DNA of 64,000 bases from the NCBI RefSeq assembly GCF_009914755.1, contig NC_060929.1, one strand, 5' to 3'. The translations under genes were made by a program, and so were the position numbers. Positions 14,785 to 30,918 of this stretch are shown here, in pieces. This stretch comes from the human T2T-CHM13v2.0 reference genome, Homo sapiens. How positions within the stretch are numbered: position 1 is the first letter of the stretch; every line of letters begins with the position of its first letter. Below the pieces are notes generated by a model. The model did not search any database, was not told where the DNA came from, and saw nothing but the letters and a program-made list of their open reading frames with translations.

Positions 14785-17154
14785 CAATATGGTTTGTGTC
14801 TCCACCAAAAGCTTATCTTAAATTGTAGCTTCCAAAAACCCCATATGTCATGGGAGGGATCTTGTGGGAGGTAATTGAATTATGGGGGCAGGTTTTTCCC
14901 ATGCTGTTCTCATGATAGTGAATAAGTCTTATGAGATCTGGTGGTTTTATAAAGGGCAGTTCCCCTGCACATGCTCTCTTGATTGCCGCCATGTAAGATA
15001 TGCCTTTACTCCTCCTTCACCTTCCACCATGATTGTGAGGCCTCCCCAGCCATGTGGAACTGCGAGTCCATTAAACCTCTTTCCTTTATAAATTACTCAG
15101 TTTTGTGTATGTCCTTATAGCAACATGAGAATGGATTAATATAGTAAATTGGTTTCAGTAGAGTAGGGTGCTGCTGTAAAGATATCTGAATATGTGGAGA
15201 TGACTTTGGAACTGGGTAACAGGGAGAGGTTGGAACAGTTTGGAGGGCTCAGAAGAAGATAGGAAAATGTGGGGAAGTTTGGAACTTCCTAGAGACTTGG
15301 AGAGCTCAGAAGACAGAAAGGTGTGGGAAAGTTTGGAACTTAGAGACTTAGAGACTTGTTGAATGGCTTGAATGAACTTGGAGACTCAGAGACTTGTTGA
15401 ATAGCTTTGACCAAAATGCTGATAGGGATATAACAATAAAGTCCAGGCTGATGTGGTCTCAGATGGAGATGAGGAACTTGTTGGGAACTGGAGTAAAGGT
15501 CACTCTTGCTATGCAAAAAGACTGGTGGCATTTTGCCCCTGCCCTAGAGATCTATAAAACTTTGAACTTGAGAGAGATAATTTAGGGTACCTGGTAGAAG
15601 AAATTTCTAAGCAGAAAGTGTTCAAGAGGAAGCAGAGCATAAAAGTTTGAAAACTTTGCAGCCTGACAATGCAGTAGAAAAGAAAAGAAAAGAAAAAAAA
15701 ACAATTTTCAGGGGTGAAATTTAAGCCAGCGTTAGAAACTTGCATAAGTAATGAGCAGCCAAATGCTAATCACCCCAACAATGAGGAAACTGTTTCCAGG
15801 GCATGTCAGAGACCTTGGTGGCAGCCCCTCCCATCACAGGCCCACAGGCCCAGGAAGGAAAATTGGCTTCCTGGGCTGGGTCCAGGGCACATCGGCTGTG
15901 TGCAGTCTCAGGACTTGGCGCCCTGCATCCCAGTGGTTCCAGCTGTGGCTAAAAGAGGCCAAGGTACAGCTCAGGCCATGGCTTCACAGGGTGCAAGCCC
16001 CAAGCCTTGGCAACTTCCATGTGGTGTTGTGTCTGCAGGTGCACAGAAATCAAGAATTGAGGTTTGGGAACCTCCGCCTAGATTTCAGAGGATGTATGGA
16101 AATGCCTGAATGTCCAGGCAGAGGTGTGCTGTAGGGGTGGAACCCTCATGGAAAACTTCTTCGAAAGCACTGCAGAAGGGAAATGTGGGGTTGAAGCCCC
16201 CCACACAGGGTCCCCACTGGGGGACTGCCTAGTAGAGCTGTGAGAAGAGGGCCACCATCCTCCAGACCCCAGAATAATAGATCCACTGACAGCTTGCACT
16301 GTGCGACTGGAAAAGCCGCAGACACTCAATGCCAGCTTGTGAAAGCAGTCGGGAAGGGGCCTGTACCTTGCAAAGACACAGAGGCAGAGCTGCCAAGGAC
16401 CATGAACCCACCTCTTGCATCAGCGTCACCTGGATGTGAGACATGGAGTAAAAGGAGATCATTTTGGAGCTTTACAATTTGACTGCCCCGCTGGATTTCA
16501 GACTTGCATGGGGCCAGCGGCCCCTTCATTTTGGTCAGTTTCTCCCATTTGGAATAGGTGTATTTACCCAATGCCTCTACCTCTATTGTATCTATTAGAA
16601 TGGAAGAAATTAACTTGCTTTTGATTTTACAGGCTCACAGGCAGAAGGGACTTACCTTGTCTCAGATGAGACTTTGGACTGTGGGCTTTTGAATTAATGC
16701 TGAAATGAGTTAAGACTTTGGGGGACTATTGAGAAGGCGTGATTGGTTTTGAAATGGGAGGACATGAGATTTGGGAGGGGCCATGGGCAGAATGATATAA
16801 TTTGGCTGTGTTCCCACATAAAACTTATCTTGAATTGAAGCTCCCCAAATCCCCACGTGTCATGGGAGGGAGCTGGTGGGATGTAATTGAATCATGGGGG
16901 CGGGTTTACCCATGCTGTTCTCATGATAGTGAATAAGTCTCATGAGATCTGATGGTTTTACAAAGGGCAGTTCCCCTGCACACAATCTTTTGCCTGCCAC
17001 CATGTAAGATATGCCTTTACTCCTCCTTCACCTTCCACCATGATTGTGAGGCCTCCCCAGCCATGTGGAACTGTGAGTTCATTAAACCTCTTTCCTTTAT
17101 AAATTACCCAGGTTTGGGTATGTCCTTACAGCAGCCTGAGAATGGACTAATAGA
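14785..17154 (+). mobile_element. Full-length THE1C-like MaLR (5' LTR 14785-15143, internal region, 3' LTR 16793-17154)
   Basis: Two ~360-bp direct-repeat LTRs flank a THE1 internal sequence; 5-bp TSD cactt/cacct at 14780-14784 and 17155-17159. Confidence 0.93.
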
Positions 17155-17871
17155 CACCTATTGAAGAGACGATTCTTTCCTCACTGTGTGTCTTGACACT
17201 CTGGTCAAAAGTTAGTTGAGCACAGATTGATTTATTCCTAGGCTCTCTGTAATGTTCCATTGGTCTATATATTTTATATCAATACCATAATCTTTGATTG
17301 CAGTAGCTTTGTAATATATTTAGAAATCAGGAAGTGTGATGCCTACTTCTTTGTTCTTCCTCAATATTATTTTGGGTGTTTGGTGTCTTTTGTGGTTCCA
17401 CGTAAATTTTTGATTTTTAAAATTTCTATTAACAATGCCATTTGTGTTTTAATAGAGATTGTCTGATCAGTTTGGAAAATATGGACATTTTAATAATTGT
17501 AATTATTTCAGTCGATGAACATGAAATATATTTTCATATATCTGTGCCTTTAATTTCCTTCATCAATGTTTTATAATTTCCACTGTAGAAGTCTTTCACC
17601 ACTTTGGTTAAGTTTATTCCTAGGTCTTGTATTTTTTGTGCTATTATGAATGGAGTTGCTTTCTTAATTTCCTTTTGGAGAGATTGTTTTTGTGTATAGG
17701 AATGCTACTGAGTGTGTATGTTGATTTTATATCCTGCAACTTTACTTCATTCATTCATTAGTTCTTGTTTTTTTTTTTTTTTTTTGGTTGAGTCTTTAAG
17801 ATTTTCTACATATATGATGATATCATCTGTGAACAGAAGTATTTTTACTTTTTTCCAATTTGAATTTTTTG

Positions 17872-17879
17872 TTTCTTTC

Positions 17880-17934
<55 letters not shown>

Positions 17935-17988
17935 CTTTCTTTCTTTCTTTTTCTTTCTTCCTTTCTTCTTTCTTTCTTTTTTTCTTTC
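17872..17988. repeat. (TTTC)n microsatellite
   Basis: Long tttc array with degenerate flanks, inside the old L1. Confidence 0.95.
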
Positions 17989-18851
17989 ACTAATTGCACT
18001 GGGTAGGACTTTGAGTACTATGTGGAATAGAATTGGTAAGAATGAGCATCCTTGCGTTTTACCGGATCTTAGAGGAAAAATGTTTAGATTTTTCTTATTG
18101 ATTATGAAGATTGCTGTTATCTTTTCATATATGGCTTATATTGTGCTAAATTCCTCTTTGCCTATTATTCTTTTTTACCTATTTTGTTGGGAGTTTTAAT
18201 TATGAATCAATTTAAATTTTGTCAAATGCTTTCTCTGTGTCTCCTGAGATGATCATGTGGTTTAAAATTTTTTTAATCTCATGTATCACATTTGTTTGCA
18301 TATATAGAATTAATGTTGCATCCCAGGGAAAATCTCACTTGGTCATGATGTATAATTATTTTAAGGTGGTGTTGAATTCTAGCTGTTAGCATTATATTGA
18401 GAATTTTTGCATCTATGGTAATCAAGGGTATTGGCCCACGATTTTCTCTTTTTCATGGTGTCTTTGTTTTGCTTTTGTATCAGGGTGATAGCAGCCTCAT
18501 AAAATGAGTTTGAAAGTACTCCCTCTTTTTCTATTTTTTGGAAGAGGTTAAAAAGGATTGATATTAATTCCTCTTTGAATGTTTGGTAGAATTTACCCAT
18601 GAAGTCAGCTAATTTTGAATTTTTCCAGAAGGTTTTTGGTGACTAATTCAATCTTCTTGCATTGGTCTATTCAAGCTTACTATTTCTCTTTGATTCAGGT
18701 TTGGAAAGTTGTATGTGTCTAAAAACTAATCATTTCCTCTAGATTATCCAAGTTGTTGGCATATAATTGTTCATAAAGGCAGTGTATGGTCCTTTTTATT
18801 TCTGAGGCATCTATTGTATTGTAATGCATCCCCTCATTTCTGATTTTATTT

Positions 18852-19714
18852 CATTTTAATTTGTTAACAGCTTTATTGAGATATAAGTCACATAATATTT
18901 TCCTATTTAAAGTGTACATTTCAATGATTTTTAATGTAGTCAAAGTCATACCATCACTACAATATAATTTTGGAACATTTTCATCATCCCTCACCCAAAG
19001 AAAACCCATATCCATTAGCTATCATTTTATATTCATCCCACCCCAGTCCCTAGCAAGCACTACCTTACTTTATGTCTGGAGTAGGATTTGCCTACTCTAG
19101 ACATTTCATATAAATGAAATACTACATGTGGCCTTTTGTATTTGGCTTCTTTCTACTCACCATGTTTTCAAGGTGTATTCATGTTATATTCGTACTTCAT
19201 CCCTTTTTCTGGCTGAATAATATTTCATTGTATGGTTATACCACTTTTTTTTCGTTAACTTTTGTTTTAGGTTCAGGGGTACATGTTCAGGTTTGCTATA
19301 TAGGTAAATTGCATGTCGCAAGGGTTTGGCATACAAATTATTTCATCACCCGGGTAATAAGCATAGTACCTAATAGGTAGCTTTCAGCCCTCATCCTCCT
19401 CTCACCCTCCACCCTCAAGTCAGCCCTGGTGTCTGTTTTTCCCTTCTTTGTGTCCATATGTACTCAATGTTTAGCTTCTACTTATAAGAGAATATGTGGT
19501 ATTTGGTTTTCTGTTCCTGCATTAGTTTGCTCAAGATAATGGCCTCTAGCTCTATCTATGTTACTACAAAGGGCCTGATCTCATTATCTTTATGGTTACA
19601 GAGTATTTTATGACATATATGTACCAGATTTTTCAATCTAGTCTATCATGGATGGGCATGTAGGTTGATTCCATGTCTTTGCTATTGTGAGTAGTGCTGC
19701 AATGAACATATGCA
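18852..19714 (-). mobile_element. L1MB-like 3' end (18852-19243) plus L1PA13-16-like 3' end (19244-19714)
   Basis: Two distinct antisense L1 3' UTRs; the block is flanked by repeated 'tgatttt(t)attt' (18841, 19715). Confidence 0.75.
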
Positions 19715-19799
19715 TGATTTTATTTATTTTTTTGAGTCCTTTCCTTTTTCCTACTCTAGCTAAAGATTTTACAATTTTGTTTAAATTCTGAAAAAAAAA

Positions 19800-22174
<2,375 letters not shown>

Positions 22175-24149
22175 ACTTTTTCGTCTTTTTAACTTTTGAT
22201 AATTTAGTTATAAAGTGTCTATCCTCAATATAATACCAGCAGCCAGAATTTAACCTCACCTTAAAAGGATTATACATCATGAGTAGTTAGGATTGATCTC
22301 TGGTAAGACTAAATCTAGGATATGATCAAGTAGAGCTGGAGCTGAGTCACAGGGCTGCTTCAGCATCTGTAGTGAGGTAAAGGTCCCCAGGCTTATTACT
22401 GGGGACATGAAGAGGTGTGTTTCCCACCAGTTTCCTGGGTTGGCAGGACTGACTCTGGACTATGGTAGTGAGGACCTGCTTCAGAATCCTGGATTGTGTC
22501 TGAGGTTGGAGGGCCTGTTATTAGGGGACATGAATTGCAATGGTGGAAGGAGCTCATTTAGAAACTACAGCCAAGTAGGGTTGAAGCTGAGTCCAGAGGG
22601 AGGTGGGACTACTTTTGCTCTGCAGCCAGAACTGTGCTCAGCAAGCCTGCCACTCGTGTATGGGTCTGCCTTCTCCATATGGCTGTCCTCAGTACTGGGC
22701 TTCAGGAGGGTTTCACAATCTACCTGGATTCAAAAGCTCCCACACAGGCACTTTTGCCTCTGATGGCTGTAGTTTGTCATTCGTGTGGGGAGAACATGAG
22801 CTGGGAATCTTCCATTATCTTGCTAAAGTCACTCTGAGAATATATTCTTTAATCCTTAACACATTAGCACCACTGACCAGTTTTGGGCACAGTCTTTGTC
22901 ATGGGTGTGAATAATCCAGCTTTGTTCCTTGGTTAAGTCTCAACTCCTTTACTCTCATTTACCATCATTCTATTGCTTACTCATTCTCAAAATTTTTATA
23001 TGATTTGTATTTGTGTCTAAACAGAATGGTCAGTGCTTCAGCAGAGTCCTAACATGCTTGCAGTCCCACATAGAGCAGAAAGAATGGTTTGGCACACCTT
23101 TTCCAAGAGGTTGCAACCTGGTTATTAGAAGATCATGGCTCCCTTACTAGGATTTATTCTCGGGAGGTACTCATTATGCTTGCAAATTATGTAACCCCCC
23201 CTAGATTACTAGTGCCATTTGCTGTCATTTTCTGTATTTACATTACAAAATTATGCTCCAGAGGCTGTTTATTTACTTGGAGGACCATGGTCTGCAATTT
23301 AGGTAAATTGCCACCCTAAAATTTGGGTAAGTTGGTGGTGTTCAGGCTATGACTACTGGTTTTAAACAGCTGTACTTATTACCAGGTAGGAAGGAGACCA
23401 CAGCTGTGATGGGAACATGTTGACTCTGTCTCAGGATGGAGTCTATCCAGTGTCCCAAATTACTTGGTAGGTGGGTTCCAGAGGTGTGGAATGTCTGCAG
23501 TTAATGTGTTTTCCAACACAGGTATATGTTTTCTCTTTGAAACACGAGCTCTATTTAAATAGCCAAATATAAAAATAGCTAGCATTTAAAAGATACATTT
23601 TAAGGGATACTATATGTCCTAGAGTAAACTTTTCAACTGTTTTAAATCACTGCTTAATGTAATCATGACTTTCTCATGGTTTAAGTAAATTCATTTATCT
23701 TGAAGTTTTCTTGACACTTTGTTAGAGTTTCTTGGATATTACAAAGATGAAGTATCTAGCATATTCTTTTCTTCTTTGATTTCTCTTTGGAGTTGCCCAT
23801 AGCGTTTGGATATTAAGCAACTTTGCTTCTGTTGTTTTTTCTTTTATGCTGATGAAGAGAAAATAATATGTGAATCTCATAGTTCACAAAGGCTTTCTCC
23901 TGCATCAGAAAATAATAAGTAACTTGCATTTTTCTGGCCTAACTCTTCTGTGACCAAGATCATGCTGAGTTTACATAAGCTTCCTCAATATGCCTGTGAA
24001 AAGTCTTGTAGTATATAACAAACAAATAAACCCTGTACTGCCCCCTTTCTACATATTTTGCTCACTTATTTATTGTTTCAGGTGGGAGGATAAATACAGT
24101 TTCTGTTACTTCATCTTGTCCATACCTGGAAGTTCACGTTCTCTTTTTA

Positions 24150-26520
24150 TTTAATCTAAATCAGGCTTTTGTCTCTACCAGTCCACTGTAACTATTTCAA
24201 AGATTCAATGAGCTTCACTTTGCCAAATCCAGTGATTAGCTCTCAGTCCTCATTTAATTTGATCCATGAGCAAACCTGACCCATGACAAGTTTTTGTCTA
24301 GCTTGTCTAACTTGACCCATGACAAGTTTGATTATTCTCTCTGCTTTAAAAATGTTCTCTGCTTGGTTTTTAGGATATCATATTTTCCTGTTTTTCTCCA
24401 TAGCCCAGTGGCCACTTCTTTTTAAACTTCTTTACTGGTTCCACTTCATCTTCTTGACCTCTAATGTTGAATTGCCTCTGAGCTTTGTCCTCACTTCTTT
24501 TCTCATTTCTCTTCTTGCTCTGTAGGTCTATTGTGTTAGGCCCAATGCCCCTTCGTATAGTCAATATTTTGTGACTCTCTCTTTAACATTCTGAAATTAA
24601 GGTCATGGATAATTTGATCTATCTATATAGGTACTTTCAAAAGAAGCTCTGATTCTTAAATGAAGTTGAGAAAAAACCAAAATATATAATAAAATTATAT
24701 GATTCAATTGTAAATTCTCAAGGACAATTATATTAGAGGACATAATAAAATATTCAGATGCTTGTACCCATTCTAATAAATGCAAGCTAATAAAGTCTGT
24801 TGTGCTGTTAGCTCAAAACCATGTGTTACCTGCTATTGGTGACATGGTTTTCCAAAATTGGGATCAATGGTAATTTGCTGAATAAAATAAAATTTAATCT
24901 TCTGTTGATATTCATAGTAGTTGCATTTATGGAAGAAAATAAATATGCAGTAAACCTGTACAAAAATTTTTCGTGTATATAAGTGTATTAGTCTGTTCTC
25001 ACACTGCTCATAAAGACATATCTGAGACTGGGTAATTTATAAAAAAAGAGGTTTAATTGACTCATAGTTCCATATGGCTGGGGAGGCCTCACCATCATGG
25101 TGGAAGGCAAAAGAGGAGCAAAGTCACATCTTACATGGCAGCAGGCCAGAGAGCATGTGCAGGGGATCTCCGCTTTATAAAACCATCAGGTCTTGTGAGA
25201 CTTATTTACTATCATGAGAACAGCACAGGAATCACCCACCCCACGATTCAATTACCTCACACTGGGTCCTTCTCATGACGTGGGAATTATGGGAGCTACC
25301 ATTCAAGATGAGATTTGGATGGGAACACAGCCAAACTATATCAATATCTAATTATGATTTGGATCTAGGAGCAAATAATTACAAACAAGCTTTCTGCTTA
25401 TATGGCATTTCAAAGTCGAGTAATCCTTGTCATCCACTAAATTTCAGGAGCACTCTTTAAATAGTTTAAGATCCTAAAACTTCTCCACAAATTTCCAACA
25501 TCCACTAAGGATGCAAATACTCCAATTATAAAACATAGCCCCCTATATGCTGATGACTCCAAAATGTGTATTTCCAGCTCTCAACTGTTTGTTGAATTCC
25601 AGATTAGAATATCCACCTGATCACTGAAAATCTCCAATTGATCTTTAATTGACATCTCAAGATTAATAAATCGGAAATCGATCTTTTGATTTCGTTCCCT
25701 AAATATGCTTTTCCTATAGATTTCCCCAACTCTGAAACAGCATCACCATATATCCAGTTGCTCAAGGCAAAAACCATGGAATCATCTTTAATTCATCTCT
25801 TTCTCTCACATCTCACCTCATCAACAGCCTATTTTTTTCCACACTCAAAATATGAATTGGCTCTACCTCAGAGCCATTATGTTTTGTGTGCACTATTGCA
25901 TTTTTCTCCTACTTGCACTCTGTAATTCCATTATTGCCCTAATGAAGCCTATTTTTTTCACTGTACAGCCAGAGTGATGTTTTTTTAAATGTATAGCATT
26001 TTGTTTCTTCCTTTCAGCTCTTCATTTCCTGCTTCCAAATACACTTGGAATAAAATTTCCTACTAGGCCCTATCTGATCTCTCTTTTTTGTCCATTTCTA
26101 TGAATGCCCTTTACACCACTTTCCCCATTCTTCACTGAGCTTCCACCATATTGGATTCATTGATGTTGTACAAACATGCCAAGTCCACTCCCTTCTTAGG
26201 GTCCTTGCCTTTTCTGTTCACACTCATTGAAATAGCATTCTAAGGAAAAGTCACATGGCCTTCTCTAATGGTCACATCCAGAGAGCCTCTCCTAACCATC
26301 CCATCTAAAATAATACTTCCTTATTCTATATTCCTTTATCCTACTTTTAATTTTTTATAGTTTTCCTATGAGATTACTCATTTATTGATTTGCTTACTTT
26401 GTTTTCTAACACTAGCTCCAAGAGAGAAGTCTTTGTTTTGTTTACTGATTTGTCCCAAGACTTAGAGCCATATGTGGTTCATTGTAGGTACTTAATATTT
26501 GTTGAATCAATGAATGGATG
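24150..26520 (+). mobile_element. L2 (fragmented, interrupted by other elements)
   Basis: L2 body motifs ('ctatatgctgatgactccaaaatgtgtatttccagc') and the 3' tail 'ttgttgaatcaatgaatggatg'. Confidence 0.7.
24984..25343 (-). mobile_element. THE1B/C solo LTR
   Basis: tgtattagtctgttctcac…cacagccaaactatatca; about 360 bp. Confidence 0.92.
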
Positions 26521-26526
26521 ATGCCT

Positions 26527-26565
26527 GTGTTAGGGCAACAATAACAACCTCAATAAACAAACATG

Positions 26566-26603
<38 letters not shown>

Positions 26604-26985
26604 GGCTTAAAGAAAAAATTACTTCTTGCTCATAAATTTGAAAATGTATACAACTATCAGTGGTTCCTCTCTAAGTGGTGATTTGTGGACCCTCTAATTT
26701 GTAGCTCTACTGGCTTCCACAAAAGGCATTCACGGCCATCTGCTCATCTATAGACAGAGCATGAAAGAACATACTTTTTATTTGTGAGCCAGGCCTGGAA
26801 GTGACAAACAACTTCCTCTCATATTCCACTGGCTAGATACTAGAACTCAGTCACTTGGACACGTTTGACTGCAAGGAAAATTTGAAAACATAGTCCCTTG
26901 CTGAGCAGCTGCTCTCCAGTAACAATTCTACATTAAAGAATGGAATGCAACATATACTTTTTGGACAGTGAGTTGCCTCTCTGAA
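26527..26985 (-). mobile_element. MLT1-type LTR fragment with (TA)n at 26565-26600
   Basis: MLT1 motif 'ccactggctagatactagaactcagtcacttggacac…gactgcaagg'. Confidence 0.6.
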
Positions 26986-27280
26986 AGTGAATAAATAAAA
27001 TGACTTAATGAAAATAATTCCAAGAATATTTTATGTTTTATATTTAAAAGACACTATGTTGCTATTTTTGGAAGTTTTGTTTTCCTATGCCTTATTATTT
27101 TATTTAATTATTTGATAACATAATTATCCTTTGGGTAATTATACCCATTAATTATATTCATGCATAATTATACTAATAATCTTTTGTCTTCTATAACTTA
27201 TCTGAGATGTAATTGGAAGCAAACTGATGGGATTTATGTGGTATTCTGAGAGATTATGTGACTGAAAATTGGCAATATAG

Positions 27281-27697
<417 letters not shown>

Positions 27698-28387
27698 TAG
27701 TCAAATATCCCTTTGCCTCTCTCTTACAGACTCTCATGATTGCATTTATGCCCATCCAGATAATCCAGGACACTTTCCCCCAAACAAGATCATATCAACA
27801 TAACAAGATCATATCCCCCATCTCTCTGTTTCCACATAAATGTGCAATTACAGGTTCTAGGAATTAGGATCTAGATATCTTTGGGAGTCATTATTCAACC
27901 TACTACAATCCCTTTTCTCATGTAATTCCTCCAGGCTACAGTTTTTCTTAATCTCAAATTTTGATGAATCAACTAAATCTTCTGTCAGTTTTTAAAATTT
28001 GCTGAATTATGTGTTATGTGGATGAATAAGATAAATTATTTACAGTTACAATAACTTTTTGCTGTGTTTTCAAATAATGGCACAAACACTGTCTAGTTTC
28101 ATATGGTGAAAAGAGCTCAAAATTTTGGTTGTAAGTTAGAAATGAATTTAAATCCTCCTTCATCTTTTTTTTTAGCCATGTAAACTTGGACAAGTTACTA
28201 GGTTAATCTGAACTTATTTCCCATATCAACAAAATGTTAATAATACCTCACAGGGTTGCAGCAGTAATTAATCAAGCCAATAATACATGTAAAATACTTT
28301 AAAATAATGTGTTAGATAAACGTGTTCTGCACTATTTATTGCAGATGTAAAATTAAAGGTATTTTATCTATAATATTTTAGTTCCTT

Positions 28388-28922
28388 TGTGAAAGTAGGT
28401 AGCTAGTCAGGTATAAGCAGGGCAGATGAAGGCCCCCTTCCACACACCGGGAGTGCTGGGTGATCATCAGGTGGTGGTCAGGTGGTTGTTAACTGTTTCT
28501 CTAAAGTAATAATTGGCCACAGCCGGTGCTAGGAAAAAACATAGTCTCATAATAGATAGAAAACACCTGAAACCAATCTGCGGCTTCCCAGTAAGATCTC
28601 AGGAGTGGGGAGAAGTAATGCAAGATCCCGGAAGTCGGCCAGTGTATAAGGCTGCAAGTCAAGAGGTCAAGCTGCGCACTTGGTTTTTCACGTCGCCCGC
28701 TTAGCCGTCTTCCAAGTTGTACTTTCCTTCTTTTCTTTCCTTTTCTTCCTGTTCTGAAGCTTTTTAATAAGCTTTCACTCCCGCTCTGAAGTTTGCCACG
28801 ATCTCTCCTCTGCCTTATGCCCCTCAGTTGAATTCTTTCTTCTGAGAAGGCGAGAGTTGAAGTTGCTTGAGACCTGTATGGATTTGCCGCTGAGGTAAAT
28901 CAGATCTCTGCCACCGCTAGCA
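28388..28922 (+). mobile_element. MER50-like ERV1 solo LTR (short form, 535 bp)
   Basis: TG…CA ends and a perfect 4-bp TSD CCTT (28384-28387, 28923-28926). Matches recalled MER50 motifs (gtaggtagctagtcagg, atagatagaaaacacctgaaac, ccggaagt, gaattctttcttctgag). Confidence 0.85.
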
Positions 28923-29051
28923 CCTTTATGCACAGAACTTCTGAGGAGAAAGATGATTCGAAGAAGAAATGGCCCTGAAAATCTGATGAGTCCCCAGTAG
29001 GTGTGGCTGTTTAAAACTGCTTCATAGGCACTGCTGACAACAAAGGTAAGT
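28620..29051 (+). promoter_or_regulatory. Candidate LTR promoter and first exon ending at splice donor AAG|GTAAGT (29045/29046)
   Basis: ETS site CCGGAAGT at 28628-28635, TATAAG at 28645-28650, AGGTCA half-site, retained CpGs, AATAAG at the poly(A)-signal position (28766-28771), and a consensus donor 123 nt past the LTR end. Confidence 0.4.
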
Positions 29052-30616
29052 TTGAGAGCACACCTCTAGCTTGCTCTTTTTATTTACAATACTTGCGGCT
29101 GCTCAGAGAGCAGGGGGTTTTTTTCCCCTGGTTTGTAAGCTTGAGTTCTTAAAGTATTTGAAATTGTGTGCAATGTGGTGGGTCTAAATTGTTTTTTTCT
29201 TAAAGTTCTCCTTTTTTACTAACATTTATGCCATTAGACCTTAGTGAATGGGTAGTCAGAATATATACCAATACAGGCATAAAAAAAATGTGGGCATTGT
29301 TCCACCATCCTGCTTGCTGGGCCATTCCAGTGTTAGGATTGGTGTATTTGAGATGAGCAGAGGGACCTGTTGAATAAAGACTGTGTATTCTTTCAGGAGA
29401 AAAATACTGGGAGTTTGAATTTGGATTTGAGTCACTTGATTGGGCAGGAGGAGCAGAGAATCAGTCATTAAAATGTATTACTTATGTATTTGCTTTAAAG
29501 TTTCATAAAAATTCCTCCACTAGATGTAAAATCCATGAGAGCAGGGGCCTTGGCTCTGTGGTTTATAGTTCCTTATAAGCTACCTGGCTCAATACCTAGC
29601 TCATAAATATATTGATGAACAAATCATTAAATATTTGTTTAATGAATAAATAGATGGAAGAATTCAGGTCTTAGTGGCCCTCTGTTTCATGGAAATAGAG
29701 GTGCAGATGCTGGATCATTATTCCTCTACGAGGAATGTTATATGTAACAGCATCTTCTGCAATCTCTACGGAAGTGTGAACAGTCAGGACTTGTGGCTTC
29801 ATTATGATTCTCTCAAAATTGTCTGTGGTATAGGATATTGCTCAGTTTTAAATTTCTTTTTTAACTGTAAGCTTACACACTACACTATGCTTTTATATTT
29901 CTATTGTTCAGTTACATTGTTTTATAATATAATAGTATATTTTTTGAAAATGACAAGTATAAATCTGTATCGGTAAACATTGATCATAACATAATACACT
30001 CATCAGGCCACAGTTGCACTCTCTGTATTGCACAATTGTAGAATATTTATGGAAATATAAAAACATCGTTACATATAGGCTATTTGCTTAGTTTGCTTAA
30101 AACAGAAAGGAAATAAGTGACTTCTCCAGGGTTGATGTCTTGTGGTACAGGTACCCGTGATCAGGTGAAAGAAACTCCCTCAGAAAATAGGCTGTGTGTT
30201 CGTGATGAATGTGAAGTAAAACAGAATGAAATGAAATAAATTTCCCAACTGCAAAATACAGAACTTCCTCTATTTCAGGTTCCTTTTGCTATTTGGTCAA
30301 AGAATGACAGTCATCTGTCATTATTTGCTTTCTCTTCCTCTGAGAAATTTAAATCTATTCATGAATTACTATTTCTTTCCAAAGTGCCATAGATTGAGAT
30401 TTATTCTTCTCTATAAAAACACACACATACACCCTTAAACATATCATATTCAAACGTTTAAAATAAAAAATAGTGAATATTTTGACGACAGCCATAAAGA
30501 AAAGATACTTTACATACTGAGGCAAAACATAACAATAATAGCTGACTTTTAATCACAAACTGGAAAAACTAGAAAAAAATGGAGTGATACCTTTAACTGG
30601 TTAAAAGTCAATGATA

Positions 30617-30918
<302 letters not shown>

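Noticed and set aside
15340-16624. Dense overlapping ORFs on both strands
   Set aside because: They lie in the GC-richer THE1 internal region, which is noncoding and decayed.
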